From positions 760,316 to 824,315 of the forward strand of contig OZ242280.1 in NCBI GenBank assembly GCA_965207345.1: 64,000 nt of DNA. The letters are read 5' to 3'. The translations under genes were made by a program, and so were the position numbers. The notes beneath the pieces are model-generated. The model was not told the DNA's origin, made no database searches, and saw nothing but the letters and a program-made list of their open reading frames with translations. Source of the DNA: Gammaproteobacteria bacterium. Lineage in GTDB: Bacteria > Pseudomonadota > Gammaproteobacteria > PS1 > Pseudothioglobaceae. How positions within the stretch are numbered: the first letter of the stretch is position 1; each line of letters begins with the position of its first letter. This document shows, piece after piece, positions 1 to 10,055 of this stretch.

Positions 1-984
1 TGCTATGGCATAAAGCTGCCATATGCCATAGTGTTTTCTAAAAATAATGCTTATAAAAACTACAGCTGCCATTACAAATGCACGTTGCGTAGCAATAGAA
101 AAACCAGCAATGAGCGCATAGATTAAAGCGCTCACCAAACCGACATAACTTGCAAATATCGGTGCGGGTATTTTCAGACAACACTGGTGGCAAAGACGAT
201 AAAGCATACTAGCTAACAAAAACATAAAACCACTAATAAGCCCAATATGCAGACCTGAAACAACACTAAGATGTGTCGTATTTGTTTTAATAAAAGTTTG
301 CCAGTGCTCTTTTTTGATGCGTGCGCGATGACCACTAATAAGCGCATAAATTATGCCACCATAATCAAGCAGTTCCAGATAAGGCGTTAGAATATTTTGC
401 ATTTTTCCTCTAATTTGAGTGAGAATTTGCTGATTACTCGCTCCTAAATAATAATTTTGCTCTGAATGCTTAACACTTCTAACATAACCTGTTGCATCAA
501 TTTTATTTAAAAATAACCATGTTTCATAATCAAAACCAACTTCATTTTGAAAACCGTTATTTGCCTTGAGTTTGACATTCAACTGCCATCTATCTCCAGG
601 TTCTAATATCGGTATGTTTTCTCCATACCAATTTAATTTAAGCCGAGCAGAAAAAGGTTTATCAGTATCAAATAAGAAGCCACTTTTATGCTCAGATTTT
701 CCAACCAAACTACTAATAACACCAGTAATACTAGTTTCTTTATCTAAGTATTTTGGCATCACCCTAGAGGTTATGTTGTGATAAGAATATAAATTGCTCC
801 AAAGAAAACCAAGCAATACAAAAGCACTGATTATTACCGCATGCCTATATTTTCTATAAAACCAGATGCAAAAAAAAATAATAATAAAAACACCAAGCCA
901 TTCTATGGATGTTAAATATAGTGTACTTCTTTGTGCAAAAAGAATAGTGCCAATTAAAAGACTAAGCGCATAAAAGATAATCAT
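1..984 (-). CDS. comEC: ComEC/Rec2 family DNA internalization competence protein, N-terminal part (3' end outside window)
   Basis: Own minus-strand translation. ATG at 984..982 (MIIFYALSLLIGTILF...) and the frame stays open to base 1 (328 codons). Polytopic membrane protein with a TTHLSVVSGLHIGLISGF segment typical of the ComEC competence domain. Absent from the ORF track because it is open-ended. Confidence 0.7.
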   Translation of the reverse strand, partial: MIIFYALSLLIGTILFAQRSTLYLTSIEWLGVFIIIFFCIWFYRKYRHAVIISAFVLLGFLWSNLYSYHNITSRVMPKYLDKETSITGVISSLVGKSEHKSGFLFDTDKPFSARLKLNWYGENIPILEPGDRWQLNVKLKANNGFQNEVGFDYETWLFLNKIDATGYVRSVKHSEQNYYLGASNQQILTQIRGKMQNILTPYLELLDYGGIIYALISGHRARIKKEHWQTFIKTNTTHLSVVSGLHIGLISGFMFLLASMLYRLCHQCCLKIPAPIFASYVGLVSALIYALIAGFSIATQRAFVMAAVVFISIIFRKHYGIWQLYAIA

Positions 985-1114
985 AATAGGCACCTACAAA
1001 ATAACACGCACCAGTTGAGAGAAAGTTTATTGGTATTATTTTGTTCTTTAAAAAATTTAATAAAGTTAAAAGAAATAACTAAGATCTACCAGAAATAGAT
1101 GATTTTTAAAATCT

Positions 1115-2260
1115 TTAGCCTAAAAATTGAATCATAATACCTGCAGCAATTGCAGAACCAATTACACCAGCAACATTAGGTCCCATTGCATGCATGAGCA
1201 AAAAGTTATGTGGATTAGCTTCTAAACCAATTTTATTTGAAACACGCGCTGCCATTGGCACAGCAGAAACACCAGCCGAACCGATAAGCGGATTTATTTT
1301 ATGTTTGCTAAATTTATTGACAATTTTTGCCATAATAATACCAGAAGCAGTGCCTATACCAAAAGAGATGATTCCTAATAAAAGGATGCCCAAAGTATCA
1401 AAATTTAAAAAAACATCTGCCATTAATTTTGATCCAACGGATAATCCAAGAAAAATCGTAACAATATTAATCAATGTATTTTGTGTGGTATGGGTTAATC
1501 TTTCAACCACGCCCGATTCACGCATTAAATTACCAAAAGTAAACATACCAATAAGTGGTGTTGCTTCGGGCAAAAATAAAGCAACGAGCAACAATAATAA
1601 AAGTGGAAAGATAATTTTCTCAGTTTGTGAAACTTGACGTAGTTGCACCATTTCAATTTTTCTTTCTTCTTCATTTGTCAGAGCACGCATAATTGGCGGT
1701 TGAATAATCGGCACGAGTGCCATATAGGAATAAGAGGCAACCGCGATAGCACCCAATAAATCAGGTGCTAGTTTTGAAGCAACATAAATAGAAGTAGGCC
1801 CATCTGCACCGCCAATAATGCTAATTGCCGCCGCATCAGCTAGACTAAAATCAAAAACTCCAATGGCACTTAGTATTACCGCACCGAGTAAGGTGGCAAA
1901 AATTCCAAATTGCGCTGCAGCTCCGAGCAATAGTGTTTTAGGATTTGCAAGCAAAGGTGCAAAATCAGTTAGTGCACCAACACCCATAAAAATAATCAAT
2001 GGAAAAGCACCCGTGCTGATACCGATTTCATAAAATAAGTGTAAAATGCCGGTACCGCTTGCTAATTCAACGCCAGGGATATTACTTAAAATTGCACCGA
2101 AGCCAATAGGCAAAAGTAGCAGTGGTTCAAGTTTTTTGCCAATGGCTAAATATAGTAATATAAGCCCGATAAGGAGCATTAAGAATTGCCCCGGACTAAA
2201 TTGGTATAAACCAGTACTAAACCAAAGTATTGTAAGATTTTCTACTAAGCCGTTAATCAC
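1115..2260 (-). CDS. oadB: Oxaloacetate decarboxylase (Na+-translocating) beta subunit
   Basis: 381 aa polytopic membrane protein. Family-typical stretches include [35 protein letters not shown] and [10 protein letters not shown]. It sits directly downstream of the alpha and gamma subunits. Confidence 0.9.
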   Translation of the reverse strand: MINGLVENLTILWFSTGLYQFSPGQFLMLLIGLILLYLAIGKKLEPLLLLPIGFGAILSNIPGVELASGTGILHLFYEIGISTGAFPLIIFMGVGALTDFAPLLANPKTLLLGAAAQFGIFATLLGAVILSAIGVFDFSLADAAAISIIGGADGPTSIYVASKLAPDLLGAIAVASYSYMALVPIIQPPIMRALTNEEERKIEMVQLRQVSQTEKIIFPLLLLLLVALFLPEATPLIGMFTFGNLMRESGVVERLTHTTQNTLINIVTIFLGLSVGSKLMADVFLNFDTLGILLLGIISFGIGTASGIIMAKIVNKFSKHKINPLIGSAGVSAVPMAARVSNKIGLEANPHNFLLMHAMGPNVAGVIGSAIAAGIMIQFLG

Positions 2261-2278
2261 TTTTAAGACACCAATCCT

Positions 2279-4129
2279 TTAACCAACACTTAGAAGATTA
2301 TCGCCTACATTTACACTATGGCCCTCTTCAACATTAATTTTTATTACTACGCCAGAGCGTGCTGAACGAATTTCAGTCTCCATTTTCATTGCTTCCAATA
2401 TAATCAACACATCACCCTTAGAAACTTTTTGTTGTTCGCGTACTTTGATTTGGCGGATATTACCAGAAAGTGGTGCTGGAATATGCTCAATATCACCATT
2501 ACCTTTGCTGACATTTTGATGTGTATCATTTACAGCTTGTGTATTTGACCCTCTATTTTTTTTATTTTCTGTGCTATCTGCATCATTTTTTCTGTGCATC
2601 GCAGTAACTTCACCGCCTGATACTTCAACCACATAGGAATGATGTTTAAAAGAAACGGTATAAGAACCATCTTGTTTGGTATTAGCACTTAAGTTTTTAT
2701 CGGTATTTGGATTAGGTACTGCTTCAAAAAAATCAGGGTTATTTCTATTTCTAAAAAAATCAACTGCAACTTGTGGAAATAGAGCATATGTGAGCAAATC
2801 ATCAGTTTTATTCTCTGCTAATTTTAAATTTTCTTTTTTGGCTAGATCATGTAATTCTTGTTCTAATATTTTAAATTCAGGCTCAATCAAATCCGCTGGA
2901 CGACAAGTAATTACAGGTTTTCCGTCTAATACTTTTTCTTGTAACGCTCGGTTGACAGGCACAGGTGTCGCGCCATATTCACCTCTTAGGACGCCTGCAG
3001 ATTCTTTAGTTATAGTTTTGTAACGCTCGCCTGTTAGTATATTCAAAACTGATTGCGTGCCAACAATTTGTGAGGTCGGCGTTACTAGCGGCAAATAACC
3101 TAAATCCTCACGTACGCGCGCAATTTCAACGAGTACCTCGTCCATGCGATTCAGTGCGTTTTGTTCTTTAAGCTGATTTTCCATATTAGTAAGCATGCCA
3201 CCAGGCACTTGTGCTGATAGAATACGCGAATCAACCCCTCTAAGTGAGCCTTCAAATTGTGCATATTTAGCGCGGATAGGGCGAAAATAACTATCTATTT
3301 TTTCTAGTTTATTTAAATCTAAGCCCGTTGAGCGCGGAGTGTGATTTAGAATAGAAACAATAGAATTTGTTGCTGAATGCCCATAAGTCATACTCATTGA
3401 ACCAATTGCGCTATCTACCCTATCAGCTCCTGCCTCAATAGATTTAATAATGCTCGCAGTAGAAAGACCAGTAGTCGCGTGGCAATGCAGTTGAATTGGA
3501 ATATGAATATTTCTTTTGATTTGTTTGACTAGTTTTGAGGCAATATAAGGTTGCAATAAGCCAGCCATATCTTTAATACACAAAGAATGTGCTCCCATAT
3601 CTTCAATTTGCTTAGCAAGCTTTACCCATAATTCTATAGTGTGCACTGGACTAACAGTATAAGAAATAGTACCTTGGGCATGCCCGCCTAGTTTAATAAT
3701 TTCGTTAATAGCGGTTTTTAGGTTACGCATATCATTCATCGCATCAAAAACACGAAACACAGTAATACCATTCTCAACACTTCTATTTATAAATTGACGC
3801 ACTATGTCGTCACCATAATGACGATAACCTAATAAATTTTGTCCCCTAAGTAGCATTTGTTGCGGTGTTTTAGGCATTATTTTTTTTATTTCTCTAATGC
3901 GCTCCCATGGATCTTCACCTAAATAACGAATACATGCGTCAAATGTAGCACCGCCCCAAGATTCAATTGACCAATAACCCACTTCATCAAGTGCGCTTGC
4001 AATGGGTAACATATCATCAATTCTAAGACGCGTTGCAAGTAAAGATTGATGTGCATCTCTAAATACCAATTCTGTAATGCCCACTGGCGTGGTATTTTCC
4101 AGTTTTTTCTTTCTGAAAAAATCAAACAT
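2279..4129 (-). CDS. oadA: Oxaloacetate decarboxylase alpha subunit (carboxyltransferase plus C-terminal biotinyl domain)
   Basis: Has the HMGL-like carboxyltransferase N-terminus (ELVFRDAHQSLLATRLR, GGATFDACIRYLGEDPWERI) and the C-terminal biotin attachment motif EAMKMETEI. The ORF extends to 4207, but the likely start is Met27 (MFDFFRKKK) at 4129, which overlaps the oadG stop (ATGTTTGA). Confidence 0.9.
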   Translation of the reverse strand: MFDFFRKKKLENTTPVGITELVFRDAHQSLLATRLRIDDMLPIASALDEVGYWSIESWGGATFDACIRYLGEDPWERIREIKKIMPKTPQQMLLRGQNLLGYRHYGDDIVRQFINRSVENGITVFRVFDAMNDMRNLKTAINEIIKLGGHAQGTISYTVSPVHTIELWVKLAKQIEDMGAHSLCIKDMAGLLQPYIASKLVKQIKRNIHIPIQLHCHATTGLSTASIIKSIEAGADRVDSAIGSMSMTYGHSATNSIVSILNHTPRSTGLDLNKLEKIDSYFRPIRAKYAQFEGSLRGVDSRILSAQVPGGMLTNMENQLKEQNALNRMDEVLVEIARVREDLGYLPLVTPTSQIVGTQSVLNILTGERYKTITKESAGVLRGEYGATPVPVNRALQEKVLDGKPVITCRPADLIEPEFKILEQELHDLAKKENLKLAENKTDDLLTYALFPQVAVDFFRNRNNPDFFEAVPNPNTDKNLSANTKQDGSYTVSFKHHSYVVEVSGGEVTAMHRKNDADSTENKKNRGSNTQAVNDTHQNVSKGNGDIEHIPAPLSGNIRQIKVREQQKVSKGDVLIILEAMKMETEIRSARSGVVIKINVEEGHSVNVGDNLLSVG

Positions 4130-4367
4130 TTTTGCCGGTATTTTTATCAATGTGCTGTTTAATTGCATCTCTAATGACAAAGGCGGTCTCTTCGTTAATG
4201 TCATCATCTATCCGTATGCGCGACGAATTTTTTTTGCTATTTGAAACTCTCTCTATGGTATAAGACATAAACTGTATTGTCAATAAAAATATCACAAGGA
4301 ACGAAAAAACAAATGCCATGCCAAGCACCGTTAAATTAAGCGCAGAGAGTAGCATATTAATATTCAT
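4122..4367 (-). CDS. oadG: Oxaloacetate decarboxylase gamma subunit
   Basis: 81 aa with a single N-terminal TM helix. It lies immediately upstream of oadA and overlaps it, matching the classic oadGAB order. Confidence 0.7.
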   Translation of the reverse strand: MNINMLLSALNLTVLGMAFVFSFLVIFLLTIQFMSYTIERVSNSKKNSSRIRIDDDINEETAFVIRDAIKQHIDKNTGKNV

Positions 4368-4472
4368 ATAGGATATTTCATTAACTAAGAAAATAATAGT
4401 TTGTGATGTTTTATCTACACCGGAACAATTATTACATTTTAATAAGCAATTTAGCTAATATTTGTCTTTATT

Positions 4473-4559
4473 TGGTACCAGTGGACGGACTCGAACCGTC
4501 ACTTCCGCTAGGAAATCGGATTTTGAATCCGACGTGTCTACCCATTCCACCACACTGGC
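4473..4559 (-). tRNA. tRNA-Leu (anticodon CAA), 87 nt, CCA encoded
   Basis: Minus strand reads GCCAGTGTGGTGGAATGGGTAGACACGTCGGATTCAAAATCCGATTTCCTAGCGGAAGTGACGGTTCGAGTCCGTCCACTGGTACCA. The acceptor stem is 7 bp, the anticodon stem is TCGGA/TCCGA with loop TTCAAAA, and there is a long variable arm and a GGTTCGAGTCC T-arm. Confidence 0.9.
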
Positions 4560-4727
4560 TTTTTACGCACTATAATCAAAATAAAAATTAGAGTGCTTAT
4601 TATAATAATTTTTTGAAATAAAACTGTGTCGCACATAAAAATTTATCGCCTTTTAGATCATGCTGCCTTAATAGTGGTTTTTTTGGATTTTTTGTATTTG
4701 AGTCTCAAGAAATTTGATGAAGATTTT

Positions 4728-4946
4728 TTATTTATGCCTAAAAGTAATGCGCCCTTTGGTTAAATCATAAGGCGTCATTTCAACTGTTACCTTATCTCCG
4801 GGTAAAATACGAATATAGTGCTTGCGAATTTTACCTGAGATGTGTGCCAGAACAATATGCCCATTTTCTAACTCAACTCTAAATGTAGTATTGGGCAATT
4901 TTTCCTTGACCACACCTTCTAATTCTATGTAATCACTTTTTGACAT
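4728..4946 (-). CDS. infA: Translation initiation factor IF-1
   Basis: 72 aa S1-like protein. [49 protein letters not shown] is near-identical to the bacterial IF-1 consensus. Confidence 0.95.
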   Translation of the reverse strand: MSKSDYIELEGVVKEKLPNTTFRVELENGHIVLAHISGKIRKHYIRILPGDKVTVEMTPYDLTKGRITFRHK

Positions 4947-5051
4947 ACTAATCGTTAAAAATTCACGATTTTACCTGAATTTATCATTACTTTTGTAAGT
5001 GTATCTTATTTTTACTAGGTTTTAAAAACATCAAAAATTTAAGAATACTCT

Positions 5052-5843
5052 TTATTCTTGGACGCTTAATCCGTCCATATAGCGCATATCAATGATGGCA
5101 TGATCAAGATTTTGGTATTTTTTCATCAAACGCGGATAATTTTTTTTAAAACGCTTTAAGCGCTCTGTTTTGAATTGATAGCCGAGTTTGACCTTCGTAT
5201 TTGGCGCAATAATAAGTTCAGTTACTTCGTATTGTTTGATAACTTTTATTGTCAGTGATACTCCCAAAAAAATTTGATAATGCTGATAATTTTCATAAAT
5301 ATTTTTAGCATTTTTAATACCGCCCAATGCAAGTGGCGCATTAGAATTAACGATAATATTTGGTGCAAAATATTTACCTTCTTTTGAAATATAGGCGTTG
5401 TTATTAAAACGCAACGCAATTTTTTTGGTATGTATTTGAATGTGAATATCATTATAAAATTGCCGAGTAATACGTACTTTTTTCACCCAAACATTTTCCT
5501 TAATTTTTTTTTTAATAGCAACTAAGTCAATTTGCAGGTAATTTTCATTTAATAGCGGTTTTATTTTTTGTGCTAAACTTTCTTTAAGTGATTTAGGAGC
5601 CGAGTTATCTATTTGCCAAATTACGTTATTAAGCTGTAGCCACTGATAACTAAAAAAGTTATTTACCAGCCACCAAATAAAAAAAATAAAGCCAATTAAT
5701 GCCAGCCATTGAAAGGTTAACTTTAAATTAAAAGTTGCTTCTTTTCGCCTTTGATTTCCGCTGTGGAATATACGATTTTTTTTGCGAGACAGCCAATTTT
5801 TTTTTTGTAGCAATTTAGGCATAAAAAGCCACCTATGTTTCAA
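5052..5843 (-). CDS. ftsQ: Cell division protein FtsQ
   Basis: 263 aa with a basic N-terminus, one TM helix (LALIGFIFFIWWLV) and a POTRA-like region. It follows ddl in the conserved murB-ddl-ftsQ order. The start could instead be Met8 at 5822. Confidence 0.75.
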   Translation of the reverse strand: MKHRWLFMPKLLQKKNWLSRKKNRIFHSGNQRRKEATFNLKLTFQWLALIGFIFFIWWLVNNFFSYQWLQLNNVIWQIDNSAPKSLKESLAQKIKPLLNENYLQIDLVAIKKKIKENVWVKKVRITRQFYNDIHIQIHTKKIALRFNNNAYISKEGKYFAPNIIVNSNAPLALGGIKNAKNIYENYQHYQIFLGVSLTIKVIKQYEVTELIIAPNTKVKLGYQFKTERLKRFKKNYPRLMKKYQNLDHAIIDMRYMDGLSVQE

Positions 5844-6717
5844 AAAGAATAGCGCGCGTTAATTCATAAAAACTAAGCCCTGCTACCTTTGCTGCCTTAG
5901 GTACTAAACTGTGGTATGTCAGTCCGGGCACAGTATTAATTTCCAGTAAATAAGGTTTTTGATTATTATCCAGTATTAAATCAATACGCCCCCAAGTTTT
6001 TGCACCTAGTGTATTAAATGCTTTGCACGCTAATTGTTGTATTTGTTTTGTAATGTTTTCATTGAGATGAGCAGGGCAGTCAAAACGCGTTTTTTTAGAA
6101 TGATATTTTGCGTGATAATCAAAAAAATTCTCCGAGTAACTAATTTCAATAACAGGCAAAGCAATATAATTAAGAACAGCGATGGTATATTCTTTACCTT
6201 CAATATGTTTTTCAATGAGCACTTTATAATCATATTGATACGCCTTCTCAAGCGCTACTTCTAGCTCATTTTCGAACCTAACAATACTAATTCCAAGGCT
6301 TGAACCTTCTAAGGCAGGTTTAATAATCCAAGGCAGGTCAAAGTGAGGAATAGGCGGATTTTTATGTTGGTAAGCACAAATAAATGGCGCAGTAGGTAAA
6401 CTATGTTTTTGCCAAATATTTTTTGTTTTTTCCTTATCCATACAAATGCGTGAAACTACTGCATTTGAGCCTGTGTAAGCGATATTTTTTTCTTCTAGTT
6501 TTTTTTGAATAAAACCATCTTCACCACCGCGCCCATGCAAAATAATGAATGCTTTATCAAAATTTTTCTGAAATAGCTTGTGCAGATTATTTCTTTGCAT
6601 ATCAAAGCTGAAACAATCAATTTTTCTGCTTGATAAAGTTTGATAAACATTGCTACCGCTAATGAGGGATATTTCGCGCTCTTTTGAATAGCCACCCATT
6701 AAAATTGCCACTTTCAT
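5833..6717 (-). CDS. ddl: D-alanine--D-alanine ligase
   Basis: 294 aa ATP-grasp protein. Motifs include MGGYSKEREISLISG, HGRGGEDG, PWIIKPALEGSSLGI and LLEINTVPGLT. Confidence 0.9.
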   Translation of the reverse strand: MKVAILMGGYSKEREISLISGSNVYQTLSSRKIDCFSFDMQRNNLHKLFQKNFDKAFIILHGRGGEDGFIQKKLEEKNIAYTGSNAVVSRICMDKEKTKNIWQKHSLPTAPFICAYQHKNPPIPHFDLPWIIKPALEGSSLGISIVRFENELEVALEKAYQYDYKVLIEKHIEGKEYTIAVLNYIALPVIEISYSENFFDYHAKYHSKKTRFDCPAHLNENITKQIQQLACKAFNTLGAKTWGRIDLILDNNQKPYLLEINTVPGLTYHSLVPKAAKVAGLSFYELTRAILFET

Positions 6718-6733
6718 ATTTGAAATATCAGTC

Positions 6734-7585
6734 TTATATAATTTTTACTTCAAGCATTAAAAGAATGCCAAATTTAGATTTTACAGCGCTTTTGATATGC
6801 TCAATTAAATTTTCAATATCGCTTGCAGTCGCGCTTCCTTGGTTAATAATAAAGTTTGCATGTTGGTTAGAGACGCAGGCATCACCAATACAAAATCCTT
6901 TTAAACCCGCATGCTCGATGAGCGCACCTGCATAATATTCTTTAGAGTTGACAAATACTGAACCGCAGCTTGCTTTGCCTGTCGGTTGTGTTTTTCTACG
7001 CTTAGCAAGTAATTTCTTAATACTATCGCCTGTTGGTGTATTTTTTGATTTTAGGCGAGCACTAATAAAATATTCATTTTTGTAATGCGGTTTGACGTAG
7101 CGATAAGAAATTTCAAAATCGCTCGTTTTTCTTTGGTGTATATTGCCATGTACATCAATGGTAGAGAGTGTTTCAACAAATTGCCATACTTCATAACCAA
7201 AACAACCTGCATTCATTGCCAAGGCACCACCTACACTGCCGGGAATTGTGCTTAAAAATTCGGTTTGAAAACCCCCACATTTTGCATTAAATCGTGCTAA
7301 CTTTGCTAGACTAACGCCTGCCTGTGCATCCAAATAACCATCTTGATAGGAGAGTTTATTTAAATATTTTGTATGGATGATAACACCAGAAAACCCCCTA
7401 TCTCTAATGAGCAAGTTAGAGCCAAGACCCAAAAATAATATGGGTTTGTTATTTTTCTTTAGAAAACTAGCTAACTCAAGAATATCTTTAGGCGCATAAA
7501 AATATTCGGCATAACCGCCAGCACGTAAAGAGACATATTTTGCCATAGACTGGTGATATTTCAAATTAGAAAATGTCATTATCAC
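6734..7585 (-). CDS. murB: UDP-N-acetylenolpyruvoylglucosamine reductase
   Basis: 283 aa with an FAD-binding PCMH domain (LGLGSNLLIRDRGFSGVII) and a C-terminal MurB domain (CGSVFVN, GLKGFCIGDACVSNQHANFIIN). It starts at GTG 7585 or ATG 7579. Confidence 0.9.
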   Translation of the reverse strand: MIMTFSNLKYHQSMAKYVSLRAGGYAEYFYAPKDILELASFLKKNNKPILFLGLGSNLLIRDRGFSGVIIHTKYLNKLSYQDGYLDAQAGVSLAKLARFNAKCGGFQTEFLSTIPGSVGGALAMNAGCFGYEVWQFVETLSTIDVHGNIHQRKTSDFEISYRYVKPHYKNEYFISARLKSKNTPTGDSIKKLLAKRRKTQPTGKASCGSVFVNSKEYYAGALIEHAGLKGFCIGDACVSNQHANFIINQGSATASDIENLIEHIKSAVKSKFGILLMLEVKII

Positions 7586-7621
7586 TTGAAAGCATTGCAG
7601 AATTTATATATTTATTAGAGA

Positions 7622-7664
7622 CCTTTACACAACTCATCACTTTTCACCTCAATTTCTGTTTTTG
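7622..7664. repeat. 43-bp copy of a dispersed repeat (partner at 57701-57742)
   Basis: CCTTTACACAACTCATCACTTTTCACCTCAATTTCTGTTTTTG matches 57701-57742 with one indel and one mismatch. The minus strand carries GAGGTGAAAAGTGATG (SD-like plus ATG). Confidence 0.8.
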
Positions 7665-7987
7665 TAGATGCGTGTCAAAACTTATAACAGCACGCTGTAA
7701 CGTAATGGTCATCGGCAAGATCATGAGCGTGTCATAGACATACTCACCATGCAATACACGTATTTATTTTCAAATATAAATGCTATTTGCCAACGCTGAT
7801 GTAGTATTCCTTGCGATATTTTTGCATAAGTTATATTGATTTAAGTAATTAATTACCCAATAAATATTTTGCGTGATAATCTTTGCATATTATCAGCTGT
7901 GCTAAAAGCACTTAATTGTCAAAATTCTGCACACTCCTAAAAATTCTAATCTAAATAACTTAGGATTCATATATGTTGATTTCTCTA

Positions 7988-9172
7988 TTATTTGGAAGTT
8001 ACAGGTTGTTTATAGAAAAAATAATTCAGTGTAAGCAGTGCAGCGACGAAATAACTACCATGCAAAATAGTTTGAAAATTAGTAATATAAGTTGCAATAA
8101 AGGCAATGAGTGCAAAAATCAAAGCGATAAATAATTGCGACCAATAACTTTTTAGAAATAAATATTGATGTTCTTTAGTTATTTTTGCAATATCAAAAAA
8201 ACGTTTATTAAATGCTAATCTAAAAAATGAAGTGCTAAAGGTAATAGCGATTAATAACAAAAATAAATTAATGAGTGTGTGTTCTTCATTAACTTGCATT
8301 CTTAAAACCCAGGACAAACTATAAAGTAAAACACCAATATTATAAATTAAATTTTTGGAGAGATAATCAATGGTATTTTTAATTAAATAGAAAATAACAG
8401 CAAATATTGCAGTTAAACTCACAATCCAAAGACTAAGTGTGAGAAAACTTTCGTGCGAAATAATAAATAAAGAAACTAGCCAAAAATAACTTTCTAAAAA
8501 TAAAAATAAACCATCTAGCAAAAAAATTAGCCGCGAGCGGAATTGATCTTTAAAATTTTTAATAACAGATAAACTTAAAGGGGGGTGTTGCTTTAATTTT
8601 ATTGAGATACTTGATGGGTTTTTATTTATTAAATATAATAAAATTGCTATGACTGAGATGCTTGTTGTTAAAATATAAACGCCAATAAAACCATTTTTTT
8701 CTAATAAAATAGCACTGATAACAATGCTTAAATTAAGCATCCCTGCTACAAAAATTTGAAAATTACCAAACTTGCGTCCAGAATTATGCAATTCAATAGT
8801 TTCAAAAAATAAGGCGCGTTGCGTAATCCAAAAAAAACAATTATAAGCACCATTTAACAAGGCAAGTAATGGTAAAAATAACCAAGTTTTTTCGGTTAAT
8901 ACTGAGCTCATAAATGCGATTTGCACTAAAAAGGAGCCAATGATAATTGTTTTAAACGAGAAATTTTGATGTACGCGCTCCCATAACCAAAGTGAGCAAA
9001 TAAAACCAAGTCCAGTTATAGAAATGAATAAAGATAGTAAAGCAATACCAATATCCATTTTCCATAAAAAGCTTGGCAGTAATACTGGAAATAAACCTAC
9101 TAAAAAAGTATGTATACCCAGAAATTTATAAAAATGTTTAAATTCAGCGTCTAAATTAGTAAGTATTTTCAC
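7988..9172 (-). CDS. MFS-type polytopic transporter (about 12 TM)
   Basis: 394 aa, almost entirely hydrophobic helices, with a central loop and a GRKFGNFQI motif resembling MFS motif A. Its start overlaps the end of the upstream ATP-grasp gene. Confidence 0.55.
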   Translation of the reverse strand: MKILTNLDAEFKHFYKFLGIHTFLVGLFPVLLPSFLWKMDIGIALLSLFISITGLGFICSLWLWERVHQNFSFKTIIIGSFLVQIAFMSSVLTEKTWLFLPLLALLNGAYNCFFWITQRALFFETIELHNSGRKFGNFQIFVAGMLNLSIVISAILLEKNGFIGVYILTTSISVIAILLYLINKNPSSISIKLKQHPPLSLSVIKNFKDQFRSRLIFLLDGLFLFLESYFWLVSLFIISHESFLTLSLWIVSLTAIFAVIFYLIKNTIDYLSKNLIYNIGVLLYSLSWVLRMQVNEEHTLINLFLLLIAITFSTSFFRLAFNKRFFDIAKITKEHQYLFLKSYWSQLFIALIFALIAFIATYITNFQTILHGSYFVAALLTLNYFFYKQPVTSK

Positions 9173-10055
9173 AATCTATTTCGTATTGATTAAGTTTTTC
9201 ATAATAAGTGGATAAATCTTGTGTTCTACCATATCTTGGAAAATTGTGTATTTCTAAAAAAGGCCTAGAATTTATTTCTAAGAAAATACATTTTTGTGCG
9301 TTAAAATCAACAGATAATCCACGTTCGCAAATGACATCAATACCTAAAATATGGGCAGAAAGATATTCTAAAATTTGTATTAAAGCGTCTTGATTATTTG
9401 CACTAATACGTGCTTTATCAACAATTTTAACCGCGCCTCCTAATTTAAGTGTTATTTTGTTGTGTAAATAAATTTTATTTCCCAATGCTGGAATAGTGTC
9501 TAAATTCAAATGCTGTGCGCGCAAATAATGCAAAATTTCCCTATTTTTAGGAATAGGATGTATTGCGCCTAAAAAATACATTTTTCTCCTAGTGTGGTTT
9601 TCGTAATCAATTAAGCTATTAATACTCTCACGCCCATTACCAATTACAAAAGGCGGATAACGTCTAACTATTGACATTACACCACTAGATACAACGAGAA
9701 TGCGATAATTCTTAGCCGCTAAATATTTTTCAATAATGCTAGTTAGCCACCATTTTTTAACAAAAATACTAGCACTAATTAACGAAAAATAATTATGGAT
9801 TGGAAAATAAGCACCTCTGGAAAAACCACCAACATTAGGTTTAATAACAACTGGGAATCCGTGTCTTTTGACAAAAGATATTGCCTGCCAGGGATAGTAA
9901 AAAACTCTCCCCTGAGCTACAGGTAAATTAAACTTTGTAAAAATATTTTTTGCTTGTATCTTAGAACGACATGCTCTTCTTACTGAGGGAGGATTATAAT
10001 GACTACAACCTATTAAAAAATATTTTGAGAGTAATTTGTAAATAATGCGCTTCAC
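9156..10055 (-). CDS. ATP-grasp ligase (RimK / cyanophycin-synthetase-like fold)
   Basis: 299 aa. Features are a K-loop context FPVVIKPNVGGFSRG, a central YRILVV strand and a C-terminal FLEINSRP Mg-ATP motif typical of ATP-grasp enzymes. Confidence 0.65.
   Translation of the reverse strand: MKRIIYKLLSKYFLIGCSHYNPPSVRRACRSKIQAKNIFTKFNLPVAQGRVFYYPWQAISFVKRHGFPVVIKPNVGGFSRGAYFPIHNYFSLISASIFVKKWWLTSIIEKYLAAKNYRILVVSSGVMSIVRRYPPFVIGNGRESINSLIDYENHTRRKMYFLGAIHPIPKNREILHYLRAQHLNLDTIPALGNKIYLHNKITLKLGGAVKIVDKARISANNQDALIQILEYLSAHILGIDVICERGLSVDFNAQKCIFLEINSRPFLEIHNFPRYGRTQDLSTYYEKLNQYEIDCENTY

Noticed and set aside
566-781. 71-aa plus-strand ORF
   Set aside because: It lies antisense inside the comEC coding region, which is open for 328 codons on the other strand.
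1194-4125. Several 60-150-aa ORFs (1194-1637, 1818-2033, 2046-2282, 2676-3023, 3919-4125)
   Set aside because: All are alternative-frame or antisense ORFs embedded in the strongly supported oadB and oadA genes.
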